Source: Andalucia godoyi And28 (taxonomy: Eukaryota > Protista > Jakobida). From it: DNA of 64,000 nucleotides. This document shows, piece by piece, positions 9,949 through 20,663 of this stretch; position 1 is the first letter of the stretch, and each line of letters starts with the position of its first letter. The notes beneath the pieces were generated by a model. The model was given only the letters and a program-made list of their open reading frames with translations. It searched no databases and had not been told where the DNA came from. The stretch lies in contig VRVR01000005.1 in assembly GCA_009859145.1 (NCBI GenBank), forward strand, positions 153,448-217,447, read 5' to 3'. A program made the position numbers and the translations under genes.

Positions 9949-12243
9949 TTAATGCTCCCCGGTAGCGAGTTCTTGTTCATTGGAAGCCCATTCAATGACC
10001 AAATGTCTTCCGTACAAGTGCGTGTTCTTGAGAGTGTCCATTGCCTTTGCAGCTTCTCCCGGAGTAAGATATTCTACAAAACCAAACCCACGATGCGAGC
10101 CATCGAACTTCTTCGGTAAGCGAACAACTTTGAGATGACCAACCGCAGAGAACAATTCTCGGATGTCCTTTTCAGACGCCTCAAAGGCAACATTGCGCAC
10201 AATCAGCTTCGTGTTGGTAATCTTTTTGGCGGCAGGAACAGCAGACTTTGACTGTGCTTGAGAGAAAGAAATTGAAAGCCTGTGATCATCGAGGACGCTG
10301 CCTTGATAGTCATGAAGAGCACGGTGTGCCATTTCCTTGGAGGGAAACTCAACAAAACCATACCCTTTCTTCAGCACCACTGCCACGCAACCCGCAAAGA
10401 ATTCGCGCAAGCCGTGTTCGTTCGTCAAAAAGTTGAGATTCTTGACGTAAAGAGTGCGCGTTGCGGATGGATCTGCATCCTCATTCGGCAGCATTGACTT
10501 TGCGAATTCTTCTTTTTGGTTGACAACGGGAATAGTATCCTTCTGCTCTGACTCCTTGCGACCCCACTCAAGAAACAGAGGGACCTCTTTGAACTTCTTG
10601 TAGGCAAAACCACGGAACGCCTTCTTCGCCATGTTGCGATCAGAAAATTCAACGACTGCAGCAGCGCGACCGACAACAGAACGAACAGAAACAACAGTTC
10701 CACAAGAGCTGAACAAGGTCTTGAGCTCAGATTCGGAAGTATTCGGTGGCACGTTTTTGACCAGAACACATTCCGGAGTCATGCTTTTGATGAGTTCTTC
10801 GGTATCCTTGAGCAACGCCGTTTCTGCCAATGCAACCCGGACAGCGACTGAAGCACCGTGGGCATTTACCAGAGCTGACTTCTCAACGCCGAGTCCCTGT
10901 GCAGTTGACTCCATGACAGTCGCGGGGTTCATGTAAGCGGCATTCCAGTTCTTCTGATCTTTGGCTTGTGCCTTCAACTTCTCTTCCTTTTTTCGCTTAA
11001 ATGACGATGTCGCCTGCTTTGCAGACTTTGCATCAACCACTTCTTCCCGCTTTTTTGCAGGCAGAATGTGCAGCAATCGACCCATGAAGACAGTACCGTC
11101 GAGCTTTTCCTTTGACTTCTCTGCCGATGATGTATCCATGAAGGACACATATGCGAAGCCGGTCGTCTTGCCAGAAACCGTGTCCTTTGGAATATGAATA
11201 TCCTCGATTTCCCCAAAGGGAGTCAGCAGCGCTTCCAGATGATCTTCAGTACACATAAACGGTAGATTTCTCAGAAACAGTCTCTTTGGATCAAACTCTG
11301 ACTCCACCTCCTCGCCTTTGCAGCTAGACACGGCTTCAGTCGTTGTCGCGTTCCCGTCTTCTTCGTCTTCTTCTGTGTTGTCAGTATTCGTCCCTGTCTT
11401 TTCTCCATCTGATTTCGCAAACGGAACACGCCCGGCCGCTTTGGCTTTCGAGAGTACATCATGGTTAGAAGAAGAAGAAGTGTCGTTTTGATACTCTGGC
11501 TTTTCGTCATCGCTTGCGTCATCGCCGTCCGAATTGGATTCATCATCCGAAAATTCAACCGCCTTGCTCTTGAAATACGAAAGGTTGTCCTTTCCTGCGG
11601 TTGCATCCACGTCATCTTTGGCCTCATTGTGCTCGTCGTGAGCAACGTCATGCTCAACGTCGCGAACCGGAAGGTCTTCATACTCGTCGTCAGAGTCCTC
11701 TTCAACGATTTCATTGTCTGTTCGGGATCTTTTTCCCGCTGGGGCCGACACTCCATCATCATTCATCCAGATCTTTCCTTTTCCAAGACCCAAAAACTCA
11801 TTTAGTTTGTCCTCATCGACACTTTTCCCATCCTTTTCACCACTTTTGCTGTTGCTCCCGTTCTTTTTTTCGCTTTTGTCCTGCTTGTCCTTCCTATCCA
11901 ACTTTAGGAATGCTGCGTCTGGTTCCGGATGGCTTCTCTTGAACGCAGAAGAGCCTTCGGAATGCTTGCTCCACGGCTTGAGCTTGTCATCACCTTTCGA
12001 CAAGGCTTCCTCCACTGCAATTTTTGAAGTCCCGACGAATGTGTTGTGAAACTGCTTCTTGATAGTTTCCGCATCTTCAGTGGAAGTGCATCCCACAAAC
12101 GCAATTCTACGCGACTGTCCCTCTTTTGTCGTCAAAACTTTGCAATCCGTCAGCGTAATACCCGCCGTCTTTGTCAAATGCAATCGCAAGCTTTCAGAAG
12201 TTTGATTTTTCGGCAGATTCCGGATAAATAATCTTGTCGACAT
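9949..12243 (-). CDS. RBM19: Multiple-RRM ribosome biogenesis factor RBM19/Mrd1
   Basis: ATG at 12243 (MSTRLFIRNLP, GQSRRIAFVG). Five RRMs including LFLRNLPF, LVKNVP, LYVKNLNF and KLIVRNVAFEA...HRGFGFVEY...HLYGRHLVIEWA; acidic linker. Confidence 0.95.
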   Translation of the reverse strand: MSTRLFIRNLPKNQTSESLRLHLTKTAGITLTDCKVLTTKEGQSRRIAFVGCTSTEDAETIKKQFHNTFVGTSKIAVEEALSKGDDKLKPWSKHSEGSSAFKRSHPEPDAAFLKLDRKDKQDKSEKKNGSNSKSGEKDGKSVDEDKLNEFLGLGKGKIWMNDDGVSAPAGKRSRTDNEIVEEDSDDEYEDLPVRDVEHDVAHDEHNEAKDDVDATAGKDNLSYFKSKAVEFSDDESNSDGDDASDDEKPEYQNDTSSSSNHDVLSKAKAAGRVPFAKSDGEKTGTNTDNTEEDEEDGNATTTEAVSSCKGEEVESEFDPKRLFLRNLPFMCTEDHLEALLTPFGEIEDIHIPKDTVSGKTTGFAYVSFMDTSSAEKSKEKLDGTVFMGRLLHILPAKKREEVVDAKSAKQATSSFKRKKEEKLKAQAKDQKNWNAAYMNPATVMESTAQGLGVEKSALVNAHGASVAVRVALAETALLKDTEELIKSMTPECVLVKNVPPNTSESELKTLFSSCGTVVSVRSVVGRAAAVVEFSDRNMAKKAFRGFAYKKFKEVPLFLEWGRKESEQKDTIPVVNQKEEFAKSMLPNEDADPSATRTLYVKNLNFLTNEHGLREFFAGCVAVVLKKGYGFVEFPSKEMAHRALHDYQGSVLDDHRLSISFSQAQSKSAVPAAKKITNTKLIVRNVAFEASEKDIRELFSAVGHLKVVRLPKKFDGSHRGFGFVEYLTPGEAAKAMDTLKNTHLYGRHLVIEWASNEQELATGEH

Positions 12244-13744
12244 TTTTTTGCGAACTGTGTTCCAGATCGAGTGTGGACAAAACAAACGAAAACAACTCGA
12301 AAAGCGCTGAAAACGAAATCATTCGGAGCCGCAGACGGAAAAACGGAAGAGCGAAACGGGGGGCATCCAGTAGCGCAGCTGGCCTTCTGTAGTGGGCTCG
12401 TGTTCCGGGAAAAGGATGAAAAGGCTGAAGAGACGCAGTGTCTCCAGCTGTGCATACAGCATAATGCATTTGCCTCATAGACCGTTAACACCTTTTGAAG
12501 AACACGGTGCGCATGCACTTATGCGTGTTGGGGTCTGCCCCCGTAGACTGCTGATTATCGCAGGATCGATTGTCATGCAGCACGGCAATTACTGTACCAA
12601 GGAGACCTTTCAAGAAGTACACAGAGTCAGTGAACGAAATGCTGGATTACGAAGGAAGCAAGCTCAGATTTTACATGTTTGCAAGTCTGCACGGGAGGAT
12701 CAATTTCAACCCTTTCGTCAGATTGTTATTGTTGTGTTGTTGTTATTTTTGATCGTTTTCTTTTCTTTTCTTTTCTTTTCTTTTTTTTAATTTTATTTAT
12801 ATTGTGGTGCTTTGGAGGGGTGTGTGCAAAGCCTCACAACAGTGGTAGTGAGTGGGACGATAACTCTTTATTTCATCTTGGTGAATTGTGATAGAATGAG
12901 GGCTTATTGGATAGTCAACTATTTATCTGCAAAAGTCGCTAGGCAAGACCGTCATAATTAAATTTAAAAAAAGAAAATAGCACAATATCAGAAACTGCAT
13001 TTTGAATGAATAAGAGGGGAAAGTGGAATCAAGGGGCATGAAAAGAGGGAAGAAAAATGTGCGGACTTTCAACAAGGATTTCATCAATGACAATATCGTG
13101 TAGAATTGCAAATGAAACACAAGCCTTGAAAACTCCCAGTTCTCAAATCCCCGTTGCCTTCCTCCATCAAAGCAGCTGTAAAATGCCACAATGGTGGAGT
13201 ACTGACCCTGGAAGACAGAAACCTGGTGCTCCAAGCAGAAAATCCACCCCGGTTAAGAATAATATCCCAAGGTGTCTGGAGGTCCCGGCTACTGACGAGC
13301 TGGCACACAATTCTCCTTGGTTTTGCATATCCCAGAAAGTGATGGGATGGGGAGAACGCAAAAGCATTTCATGAAGAAGAAGAAAACACATACTCTCACG
13401 CATACTCTATTGTCTGCACTCTGCGCTCTGCGCTCTGCATTCTAAAACACTGACGAAAAAGAAGCGGGCTCGAAAGTCGAAAAGTGAAAGATGAAAAATG
13501 GACAGGGAAACACGACAGGGAAACAGCACGAAAAGGACGTTTTTCGCGCCTGTGCAGCTAGTCTCAAATACTTGCATCATCCTCAGCAATTCCGGTTATT
13601 TTACGACAGGAAAGCACTGGCTGCGCAGGCTTCCAAAGGTTCCAGCGAAAGCTCATGGTGCACGCTGCACTCTTCTTTCCTTTCGTTTTCCTTTTTAGCT
13701 TTGTTTGATGGGCCTTTTTCTTTTCTCAGCAAGTGTTGTTGGCT

Positions 13745-15667
13745 ATGTCGTCCGGCGCAGGTTCGGTTCCATCCGATAAATTTGATCCTTATGTGATCTT
13801 AAATGTGTCTCGTGAATGCACTGAATCGGAAATCACTGCAGCCTTTAAGAAGCTGCGGTATCTGTACCATCCTGACAAGCACACCGATACTGCTGTCAAG
13901 GAAATTGCACAACGCAAGTTCACGCAGCTGCAGGAAGCTTACGCTATACTAAGTGACTCGGAAAGGCGCATGCGGTATGACCTCTTCGGAGAGGTCGCTA
14001 CACCAAGCTCGAACATGCAGGTGGCTGTTCCGTCGAAATCGGTCGAAGCAATGAAAAGGGAATGGGAGCGGGCCAGAGCTCAGCAGCGAATTCGGGAATT
14101 GGAGGCTAAAATTAATGTTAGAACCGAACTTCGAGCAACTTTAAATGTTGAACAGGTGCTATTTGGAGCGAAACGGCAAGGCGGAACGGCAAGGCGAAAT
14201 GAGAATTTGATGTTTCCAGGTTTGAACGTGGGTCGAAAGCGGTCTCGAAGTGAACACCGTACTGCCGAGTCTCGGTTTGTCGCGCAAGAAATTGTGAATC
14301 GATTGGCTCTGATTAAGCTGACACAGATTGCCGTCACGCAGTCGTTCCAACAACAAATTGGGGCGTCGACTTTTTTGGAGTTTGCAGGAACTGCAGTGAG
14401 CTTGAATCGGAACCAGGCAATTGGAAGAGCAGAAGTCACGTTGCGAACAACGCTGGGAGATTCGCTTTCCATTCTGGAACTCGTTGCGGGTGCTTCGTCT
14501 GTGCCGCAGCTGTCGTCCCTCGTTTGTCGCGTATCGAGGCAAATTTCCCCTTTTGTTTGGGCACAAATTGGAATTCAAAGACCATTTTACTTATCTAAAT
14601 CTGCAAGCATGTCATTCGTGGCGCGCACTCAACTTTCTGAAAAATCGGTTGGACAGCTGCAATATGATTTGGGAGGCGATAATCCAGGCGTATCTATGTC
14701 ATACTCCAAAACTGTGGTGCACAAACACTCGCACGATCAATTGGACGCCGAAGAACAAGGAAAGAAGAACAAATTTGATTACGACGACGATTTTGACGCC
14801 TCCACGATTCCTCAAGAACCGAAGGCATCAACGTTTTCCGGACGGCTGCATTTTGGCTTGGCGTCACTGGCGTCGTTTTCTTCATCCTGGAATCACCAGC
14901 TCGGAGATCTGCAACGAACTCATGGAAAAGTCACTGTGCGAGCGGATACGCTGAATACCGAAGAAATGACTGGTATTGGCTTCGGTCTTGAAACCAGCTT
15001 GTCTCGTGCTTTTGGAGAACATAATCGCTGTGGAATTGGCTTGAATATTGGCTTGATCAACGGAATCTCGCTGACGCTGCGATTCGACCGAGGAGGTCAG
15101 AAGATTGTTCTTCCTGTCGTGATTGCGTCGTTGTTCGATTGGAAGTCTGCTCTAGCGTCATATGCCATTGTCGGTTCAGTGATTGCCGTTCTTCAGTTTG
15201 GCTTTTGGAAGCCGGGCGATGCTGCGAAGCGGAAGCGGGAAGCGGAGGAAAAGAAGAAAGAGCAAACGGAGTGGGTGTCTCGCGAAAAAGAACGCGCCTC
15301 CATGGAACAGCAGATTATCAAGAATGTTGTTGCGCGCAAGCTTGCAGAAGAAGAAGCGAAAAATGGTCTTGTCGTTGTTAACGCCAAGTTTGGTTTGTTG
15401 GATGAGGAGGACAGCGTCGAAGGTCAGGATCGCGTGGCTGATGTCACTCTGGCCATGCAGGCACTTGTTGACGAGAACTCGCGTATTGTTGTTTCTGCCT
15501 CGGTGCCCAAAGGCCGGCTCGACGGATTCTGGGATCCTGCTCCCGACCGTCCTCTGCGTGACAAATCCCTGCGAATCGTGTACCGCTTCCAGGGACATCT
15601 TCACGCTGTCGACATTCGGGATGGCGAAGCCATTTTGCTGCCTCAGCAAAGTCACCGCGTGGATTAA
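13745..15667 (+). CDS. DNAJC11: DnaJ homolog subfamily C member 11 (mitochondrial, J domain + DUF3395-type C-terminus)
   Basis: ATG at 13745; J domain with YHPDKH; C-terminal DVTLAMQALV...GFWDPAP...KSLRIVYRFQGHLH. Confidence 0.9.
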   Translation: MSSGAGSVPSDKFDPYVILNVSRECTESEITAAFKKLRYLYHPDKHTDTAVKEIAQRKFTQLQEAYAILSDSERRMRYDLFGEVATPSSNMQVAVPSKSVEAMKREWERARAQQRIRELEAKINVRTELRATLNVEQVLFGAKRQGGTARRNENLMFPGLNVGRKRSRSEHRTAESRFVAQEIVNRLALIKLTQIAVTQSFQQQIGASTFLEFAGTAVSLNRNQAIGRAEVTLRTTLGDSLSILELVAGASSVPQLSSLVCRVSRQISPFVWAQIGIQRPFYLSKSASMSFVARTQLSEKSVGQLQYDLGGDNPGVSMSYSKTVVHKHSHDQLDAEEQGKKNKFDYDDDFDASTIPQEPKASTFSGRLHFGLASLASFSSSWNHQLGDLQRTHGKVTVRADTLNTEEMTGIGFGLETSLSRAFGEHNRCGIGLNIGLINGISLTLRFDRGGQKIVLPVVIASLFDWKSALASYAIVGSVIAVLQFGFWKPGDAAKRKREAEEKKKEQTEWVSREKERASMEQQIIKNVVARKLAEEEAKNGLVVVNAKFGLLDEEDSVEGQDRVADVTLAMQALVDENSRIVVSASVPKGRLDGFWDPAPDRPLRDKSLRIVYRFQGHLHAVDIRDGEAILLPQQSHRVD

Positions 15668-15752
15668 AAAGAAAACTGACAAAAGAGCATCCGCATCCTG
15701 TTCAAAAATTGAGATATCTTCACTTGTGCTGATTTGGATAATGTACAGATGG

Positions 15753-18419
15753 TTACAAATTATGATCCCGTAAACTCGTAGACAAGTCCACAGAATACAT
15801 GGGGATCTTGCGTGAGGTGGATGCAGAACTCGGTGCAGCACTCAATGGACGGCGTGAACCGGGCTGGCCGCCATGGTTCCTGTCCATTGCGGTCGACAAA
15901 TTGACAGACGAGCTGGAGGAAGGTTGAGAAGCTGGTTGAAGAGTAACTTGCTGCGTCTTGACACGCGCTATCCTCTGCAGTGCTTCTTTGACATCGTCTT
16001 GGCGATTGGCATCCATTCCAACAAACACCGCGAAATCAGCAAGAGATTTTCCCACAAGAGACAAAACGGACGCAGTAACTCGAGAATGTCTCCAAGGAAT
16101 ATGCCGCATCTGCGAATGGACAGCGGACAAACACTCCAACACTGACGTCATGGTCTTTTTCTCTGTAGCAGAGAAAACCGATGAGATGGAAGGGAACGAA
16201 GAACTCGGAGCTTGCACAACGACAATGCGCTTGTGTTGCCCCTCCACAACACCTTCCACCGTTGCAATGAACCACGCAGTTGCGGGTTTCTTGACAGTGG
16301 AGAAATACGTCGACAAGCGGGTCACCAAACGTTCAAAATCGACAATTGAGTGAATGCTATGTGCTGGCCAGTCTGCCCAATGGACTTCCAGAGCATGTTT
16401 TGATGAAGTTGCAGATACCGGCGTAGAAAGCGAGCACGGATCCGCAAGAGGGCCGTGAGACTCGACAACAGCGAACTGAGCAGTCAGTTGCGATGGAGCG
16501 TTCAAAGATTTTTTGAAAGCATCCGCAACCCATCGAGAAAGAACGCCGGGACCTCTGGATTTGCTGCCGATGGAAATTTCTTCGGAAAGCAAGTGATCAA
16601 GCAAAAAATAAACCACCGTTCCCGCTGTCGAGTCCTTGAAAACGTGCTTGGTAACGTCCGAATTTGTGGAATCCGGGAGGAAAATTCGATCAAGACCGTA
16701 CGAAGACTTTGCAGGAGGTGCAACCAGCAGCTGTGTTCGATCATCGCTCACGGAAACCATACTCGATGTAGAAGACAAGTTGAGGAAAACCTTGACAGAA
16801 ACGGGGTAAGGAGGCAACTGCTGAGCCTGAGATGCAGAAGATGTCAGAGCAGAGTCACGACGGACAGGAGACACAGACAAACTCTGCAACGTCAGTTCGT
16901 TGTCATCAGACGCACTGCGATCTCCGGCACGGTCATGACGATTAACTCCCTTTGGAGAAGCAGTGTCACCTTGGCTCTTCTTAATTTGTGCAATCAAGTG
17001 CTCCTCGCGAAACCGCACGAAAGAAAACACCCCTTCCAACAAATCTGCGGAAACGCGACCCAAATACTCGTTAAACTGATCACAGACAATTGTGGCATGC
17101 GCACGAAGCGTGACATTGTCCTTGCGAAGTTCAGAAGCATATCTGCGGATCTGTGCGCATCCAGAAGATGCTCGATGCAACCGCTGTCGGAATCCATCAT
17201 TGTCACGTTCCAGTTTCTGTCGGACAGATGCCCATTGCGATCGCTCACGTTCTCTCTCTGCATCCGCCTCGCGTTCTCGCTCACGAACGCTCCTCTTTTC
17301 CGGCACTTGCAACTGCAAATGCAGTTTCTGTTTTTCCTCTTCCGTCTCTGCAATTACTTTCTTCAGCTCTGCAACTTGACGTTCAAGATCCATGGACCAT
17401 GCCATGGCACCTGCGCGCTCTCGCTTTTCTTCTGCAAGCAGCCGCTCCATGCTCTGGTATCCATCCTCTTTTTGTTTCGCAGCGGCTTCCAAGCGGGCAG
17501 CGTCTCTCTTTGCAAGTTCAATTCTTTCTTGAAGCGCGGCAATCTGGGTCTGATACTCTGCAACACTGTGGCCATTGGTCTCGCCGTCCTCCTTTGCATT
17601 TTGATGGTCTTGGCCGTGCCTCTCGGGGGCCGTGGAATGGCCGAAAGACACTGCGGACTGAGAATCGACCAAGGATTTCACGAGGCCTTGCAATCTGGAA
17701 GTGTCCTTTTCCAGATTTGCATTCTCTTCTTCCAACTGCGCACATCTAGTTTGCAAGCTTCGCAGGGATGACTGCGAATTGTGAAGTGCATACTGTAAGT
17801 CAGCAACGGCTTCTCTGTGCGCCTTTTTCAACATAAGAATCTCTCTTTCATGTTGATCACGAGGGATAACGGGTACATTTTGGTACAACGGAGAAGGCAT
17901 CACAGGAGGCGGGGAGCCCAACATTTCGGGCTCGCCACTGGAAAGTGATGACAAGGCTCTGTGCTGGAATGACTGCTGTTGCGATGAGCTTGAATGCGAT
18001 GACCCCGATGAAGAAGGCATAAACTGGTGATTTTTGGATGCAGAGGCCGAACTCTGCAGAGCAGCGGATTCGGGACGCATGTCAGACGAGTCGAAATCCA
18101 AACTATCCAATGCCTCGTCGTCTCCAAGTGCGCCGGGTTGGTTCTGGACTCTTTGCCAACCAACTTCTGCAGCTCTTCGTTCCCATTCAACAATTTCATC
18201 GCGCTGTTTTTTTGATAGAGTCTTTTCTCGCTCTCGAGAGTCCTTTGCACGCTCGTTAAGCAAAAACCACTGGTCATCACTCACCTTCGCTCGAACAGCA
18301 GCCAGCTCAGCAAGCTCGGAGTCAGAAAGTTTGTCTTTTTTCTGTCGAGAAAGATTTTTCTTGAGCAAATAGATCAGACGATCATGCGACGGCAACGAAG
18401 CGTTATTATTCGGATCCAT
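15753..18419 (-). CDS. Coiled-coil protein with a degenerate C-terminal kinesin motor-like domain (pseudo-kinesin, kinesin-14-like layout)
   Basis: 888 aa. Central coiled coil; motor relics YGLDRIF, PGVLSR and HIPWRHSRVT; no GxxxxGKT, SSRSH or DLAGSE. Confidence 0.65.
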   Translation of the reverse strand: MDPNNNASLPSHDRLIYLLKKNLSRQKKDKLSDSELAELAAVRAKVSDDQWFLLNERAKDSREREKTLSKKQRDEIVEWERRAAEVGWQRVQNQPGALGDDEALDSLDFDSSDMRPESAALQSSASASKNHQFMPSSSGSSHSSSSQQQSFQHRALSSLSSGEPEMLGSPPPVMPSPLYQNVPVIPRDQHEREILMLKKAHREAVADLQYALHNSQSSLRSLQTRCAQLEEENANLEKDTSRLQGLVKSLVDSQSAVSFGHSTAPERHGQDHQNAKEDGETNGHSVAEYQTQIAALQERIELAKRDAARLEAAAKQKEDGYQSMERLLAEEKRERAGAMAWSMDLERQVAELKKVIAETEEEKQKLHLQLQVPEKRSVREREREADAERERERSQWASVRQKLERDNDGFRQRLHRASSGCAQIRRYASELRKDNVTLRAHATIVCDQFNEYLGRVSADLLEGVFSFVRFREEHLIAQIKKSQGDTASPKGVNRHDRAGDRSASDDNELTLQSLSVSPVRRDSALTSSASQAQQLPPYPVSVKVFLNLSSTSSMVSVSDDRTQLLVAPPAKSSYGLDRIFLPDSTNSDVTKHVFKDSTAGTVVYFLLDHLLSEEISIGSKSRGPGVLSRWVADAFKKSLNAPSQLTAQFAVVESHGPLADPCSLSTPVSATSSKHALEVHWADWPAHSIHSIVDFERLVTRLSTYFSTVKKPATAWFIATVEGVVEGQHKRIVVVQAPSSSFPSISSVFSATEKKTMTSVLECLSAVHSQMRHIPWRHSRVTASVLSLVGKSLADFAVFVGMDANRQDDVKEALQRIARVKTQQVTLQPASQPSSSSSVNLSTAMDRNHGGQPGSRRPLSAAPSSASTSRKIPMYSVDLSTSLRDHNL

Positions 18420-19300
18420 CTACACCGATGATGGCCTATTTAGGTATCTTTTTTTCTTCTTTTTTTTTTTTGAAACCTGAAAAATAGATGAGTTTTCTTC
18501 TTCTAATCAAATAAGAAAGGTAGGATGGTGAATGAAATCACGGGTTTTGCGTGTCGATCTGAATTCAACCGGGAAAAAAAAAAGAACAGCAGAAAGGAAA
18601 GAAAAAAACTTGTCATTGCAACAGAAAGGATCGGACAGCGGAAGCAAGGACAAACAAAATCAAGAGGCGTTGGGTTCTTGCGGCATGGGACTACAGTGGA
18701 TTCCGCTGCTCCAGAAGCTATTCTGCGGCTCCAGCGTGGAACAATGAAAACCGGCAGCATCCTCTCTCAGAGTGCCCTGGTTGCCGGAGTCCTATGAAGT
18801 TCACGTAAAACCATAGCGGCGTAGGATGGTATGCACCGTGACAGATGCTTTTTATGATAGGGGAGTGTGACAGTAACATGACATTTAAAAAAAGCCAGGA
18901 ATGGTACAAACGAGCCAGGCCGTGCGACCACAATCATTTTCGAGGGATCTTGTTCGACAGTGTTGACGAAATCGGCAGCGAGTCTGCAGGTATTTGATTG
19001 AATGGTACTCAGGAAAAATACCTGGATCAATCATTTGACAGCGACTTCCAAACATTGAAAGCATGCAAATGGAAATGGGGAAAAAACCAATGAACCGCTC
19101 TTCCAGAACAGATACGGAATGCCACGAATGAGAATTCTCATCACCGACGTTGTAGACGGCTTCGCGAGGTCTTGTACCATAAGACACAGTTCAGATGAAA
19201 CCGTGATTGCGAAATTTGTCGATCATGAAACCGTTGCCGTTTGGACGGGCACTCTTTCTTCAAACAATCGCGCAAACAGTCCTACAACCAGCCACACAAA

Positions 19301-19867
19301 TCACACCCGCTTAAAGATGTGTTCCTGGTAGTACTTTAGTTCTGCAATGGACTCGAAAATATCATCCATGGCTCTGTGCTTGCACTGCTTTGGAAAGACT
19401 GGGAGCTGTGGAAACCACCTTTTCGCAATTTCCTTGACTGAACTGACATCGATAATTCGATAATGCAGATACTGATCCAAACTCGGCATATATCTAGCCA
19501 AAAATCGCCTGTCCATATGCACGGTATTTCCGCCGAGTACAGCCTCGCCACGCTCACAATGCTGTGATACAAGGTCAAGAATTATCTTCTCAGCATCACG
19601 TTCGCTGACGACACTGTCGCGAACTTTGCGTGTCAGACCCGATTCGCCATGATGCTTTATGCACCAATCGTTCATTCCGTCTAAAACGTCGTCCGACTGA
19701 TGAATCACAATCGAGTCCACGGTTCCAAGGATATTAAGATCGCCATCGGTTAGAACCACTGCAACTTCAAGCAAACGACAGGTCTCCACATCAAGACCGG
19801 ACATTTCGCAGTCTACCCAAACAATGGGCATTCGAGCCTTCTGAGACACCGCCACACAATCACTCAT
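19301..19867 (-). CDS. REXO2: Oligoribonuclease (DEDDh 3'-5' exoribonuclease)
   Basis: IVWVDCEMSGLD, WCIKHHGESGL, GNTVHMDRRFL, LHYRIIDVSS and HRAMDDIFESIAELKYY motifs. Confidence 0.97.
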   Translation of the reverse strand: MSDCVAVSQKARMPIVWVDCEMSGLDVETCRLLEVAVVLTDGDLNILGTVDSIVIHQSDDVLDGMNDWCIKHHGESGLTRKVRDSVVSERDAEKIILDLVSQHCERGEAVLGGNTVHMDRRFLARYMPSLDQYLHYRIIDVSSVKEIAKRWFPQLPVFPKQCKHRAMDDIFESIAELKYYQEHIFKRV

Positions 19868-20663
19868 GTGCGTCCCTTTTTTTAATGGTCACCATATCCT
19901 TTCGACAGAACAAACCGGTGCAAGGCACGAGACGGAGAGAGATCCAAGCGCGTCTTCGATGCGCACTTTCGTACTACAGTGGATGTCACTCATCCGTTTC
20001 ACAGTGAATTGCAGACTTGCAATGTTGCAAGTTGCAAGAGAGATGGGATTAAAATCCCACTGACAAAAGGACAGGTCCGGACACATCACCACAGGCAGCG
20101 TTCTTCAGAAAAATGCGCAGCATCCCAATCATGCAGCCCAACACAGAGGTGGACATTCTATCTCACACCGTCTCTTGAGCGTAAAAGGCGACGGAGCACG
20201 CGGGTCGCGAAGTTCACACAGTGACGGAAGAGTGCACGTCCAAGCCACGTGGGGTGTGTGTGTATGAACATCCATCAGAAATTGGATGGTCGAAAAACGC
20301 ACCATTTCCAGTGTGTCCAGCGGCGATGGATCGCGATTGGAATGGGGGTACGCAATATCTATTTGAAGAACAGGATGCGCATGCAGATGTGTGTGCTGGA
20401 GACTGCCCCCCTCCCCTCTCCCTAAGACGACTGATGCAGCGTGTCGCAGACGTTAACAAAGGGGAAAATCAAGGGTGTTTCCTGCTGTACACCAGCCTGG
20501 GGTCTTTCAACGTTTTTTTGTTTTATTTTCTTGGGGGGGAGGGTTATTTTTGTTTTGTTTTCCCCCGCCCCGTGTTTCCTTTTCCCTTTCTCTCATCTCA
20601 TCAAGCGTTTTTCTGCGGAGCAAAGTTAGAATACCGAGTTTCAAGACTGTAGAAGACAAGAAA

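Noticed and set aside
13280-13350. CTGACGA...GAAA resembling a hammerhead ribozyme core
   Set aside because: Stem II lacks the required closing pair before GAAA, and stems I and III could not be built.
16455-17771. 438-aa plus-strand ORF (likewise 53784-54842 and 59954-61096)
   Set aside because: Antisense shadows of real genes, with non-protein-like composition and no motifs.
18700-18790. Two tandem hairpins resembling an H/ACA snoRNA
   Set aside because: No ANANNA hinge and no ACA tail on either strand.
20181-20190. CGCCTTTTAC on the minus strand, identical to U5 snRNA loop 1
   Set aside because: The flanks do not form the U5 stem closing an 11-nt loop, and a 10-mer match in 128 kb of both strands is plausible by chance.
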